A stretch of 62,313 bases of DNA, filler included, from Basidiobolus ranarum (lineage: Eukaryota): the NCBI GenBank assembly GCA_040143965.1. It is 29 parts of 29 records of this genome, joined end to end, with 100 filler letters (N's around TTAATTAATTAA, not from the genome) between each part and the next. Parts side by side here need not be neighbours in the genome. Positions count along the whole stretch, not along the records: positions 60,271 to 62,313 come from JASJQH010010747.1; 28 more parts are not named here. One strand, written 5' to 3'. Each line of letters opens with the position of its first letter. The first letter of the stretch is position 1. Positions 61,323 through 62,313 of this stretch are shown here, one piece after another. The position numbers were made by a program, and so were the translations under genes. The notes under the pieces were generated by a model, which was not told the DNA's origin, searched no databases, and was given only the letters and a program-made list of their open reading frames with translations.

Positions 61323-62129
61323 ATTGATATGTTGAACTAGTTGATTGATGAGTGAAAGGAGGCTTATTCTTCACTTTATATATCAGTAATAGATTGGCTT
61401 CAATTATATAAATACATTTCTAATTACCAAACATTAGAATCACAAACTAAACTTACAACCATAACCCTAGTCACACCCACATATGCTCATTCTCGTTCTC
61501 ATCCAATTTTAATTAGTCCCTAAAAATAGTAGTTACTATACACATGAACACGGCCTGTTTTTAACCGCAAATTATTATTTGTTTTGGATTAATCAAATCT
61601 GCCTTTATTTATATTCCATTTTTATCTTGAATTGTGTAAAAATACAAAAAATAACAATGAATGTGGATCAGAATTACATACTTCCATTGGATTAAGAAAT
61701 TATCACCAGGAGTGAACGGAAATAAGTATAGCTGTGCCTATAGGTTGCATGTGTAGCTATTCTTGCTAAGATGCTCTGCAAGTGAGAATTGCATGAATGT
61801 TTACTCTTAAGTTCAACTGTATAGGTTTGATCAACTTGTGGCAAAATTGATGCAAATATTTGAATACTACAGTTAATGAGTAATAAACTCTTGTTGTGTC
61901 ATGTTAATGTTCCATAGTCGAGTTATCCCGTTTTTTTAAACATTCTTTATTGATTGGAATTTTTGGAAAATATGCTTAATGAAGTCAATCCCGTTGACAA
62001 AATATACCTTACCATGTCGAAATTTTGGTGATTACAATAAGCCATTACACTCAGTATTATGGCTTTGGTAACTTGTAATTTCACTTGTCTGAGATTGTTA
62101 ACTAAATTTCCACTTTTCTGTCCATCAAC

Positions 62130-62312
62130 TTATTGCCTATTGTGAGGGTAATCACAGATCACCTTGTCCTTTCCATTGGGGAAACATCTAGTACCTTCAC
62201 CACAAGGACGACGACGCCAGATCTTGTTTACACATTGATAAAAGCCGTCTCCATCACATTTGTATCTACCAGAGACACATCCGCGACCGTTGTCACTAGG
62301 GGTTTCTGATGA
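62130..62312 (-). CDS. C-terminal CBM19-like chitin-binding module (frame absent from ORF track)
   Basis: SSETPSDNGRGCVSGRYKCDGDGFYQCVNKIWRRRPCGEGTRCFPNGKDKVICDYPHNRQ*. The six-Cys spacing with C-x4-W-x4-C-x2-GT-x-C matches CBM19. Confidence 0.75.
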   Translation of the reverse strand, partial: SSETPSDNGRGCVSGRYKCDGDGFYQCVNKIWRRRPCGEGTRCFPNGKDKVICDYPHNRQ

Positions 62313-62313
62313 G

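Overview
This window is not one locus. It is 29 unrelated ~2.04-2.06 kb contigs, sorted by decreasing length and joined by 100-bp artificial spacers (N44-TTAATTAATTAA-N44), so no linkage can be inferred across spacers. The content is eukaryotic and fungal: short GT-AG introns, chitin synthase, a CBM19-type module and fungal-type housekeeping genes. An early-diverging fungus is plausible, but that is inference. About half the contigs carry host genes or fragments: NUC1/EndoG, malic enzyme, eIF4A, tandem CNT transporters, a SulP/STAS transporter, an SSUH2-like protein, a bacterial-type Cys alpha/beta hydrolase, fasciclins, uricase, a chitin synthase and secreted proteins. The other half are nested, CpG-depleted transposon debris: several Ty1/copia LTR families, Ty3/gypsy, a CACTA/CMC element and CCCT-ended elements. 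The strongest leads are (i) a gene-dense, intronless, AT-rich but CpG-intact contig with two orphan membrane/secreted genes and tandem AIG1-like GTPases, possibly foreign or viral; (ii) a tRNA-shaped Pol III cassette just inside an LTR-like terminus; (iii) Ty5/copia-type half-tRNA priming alongside 3'-end priming; and (iv) a compact chitin synthase.
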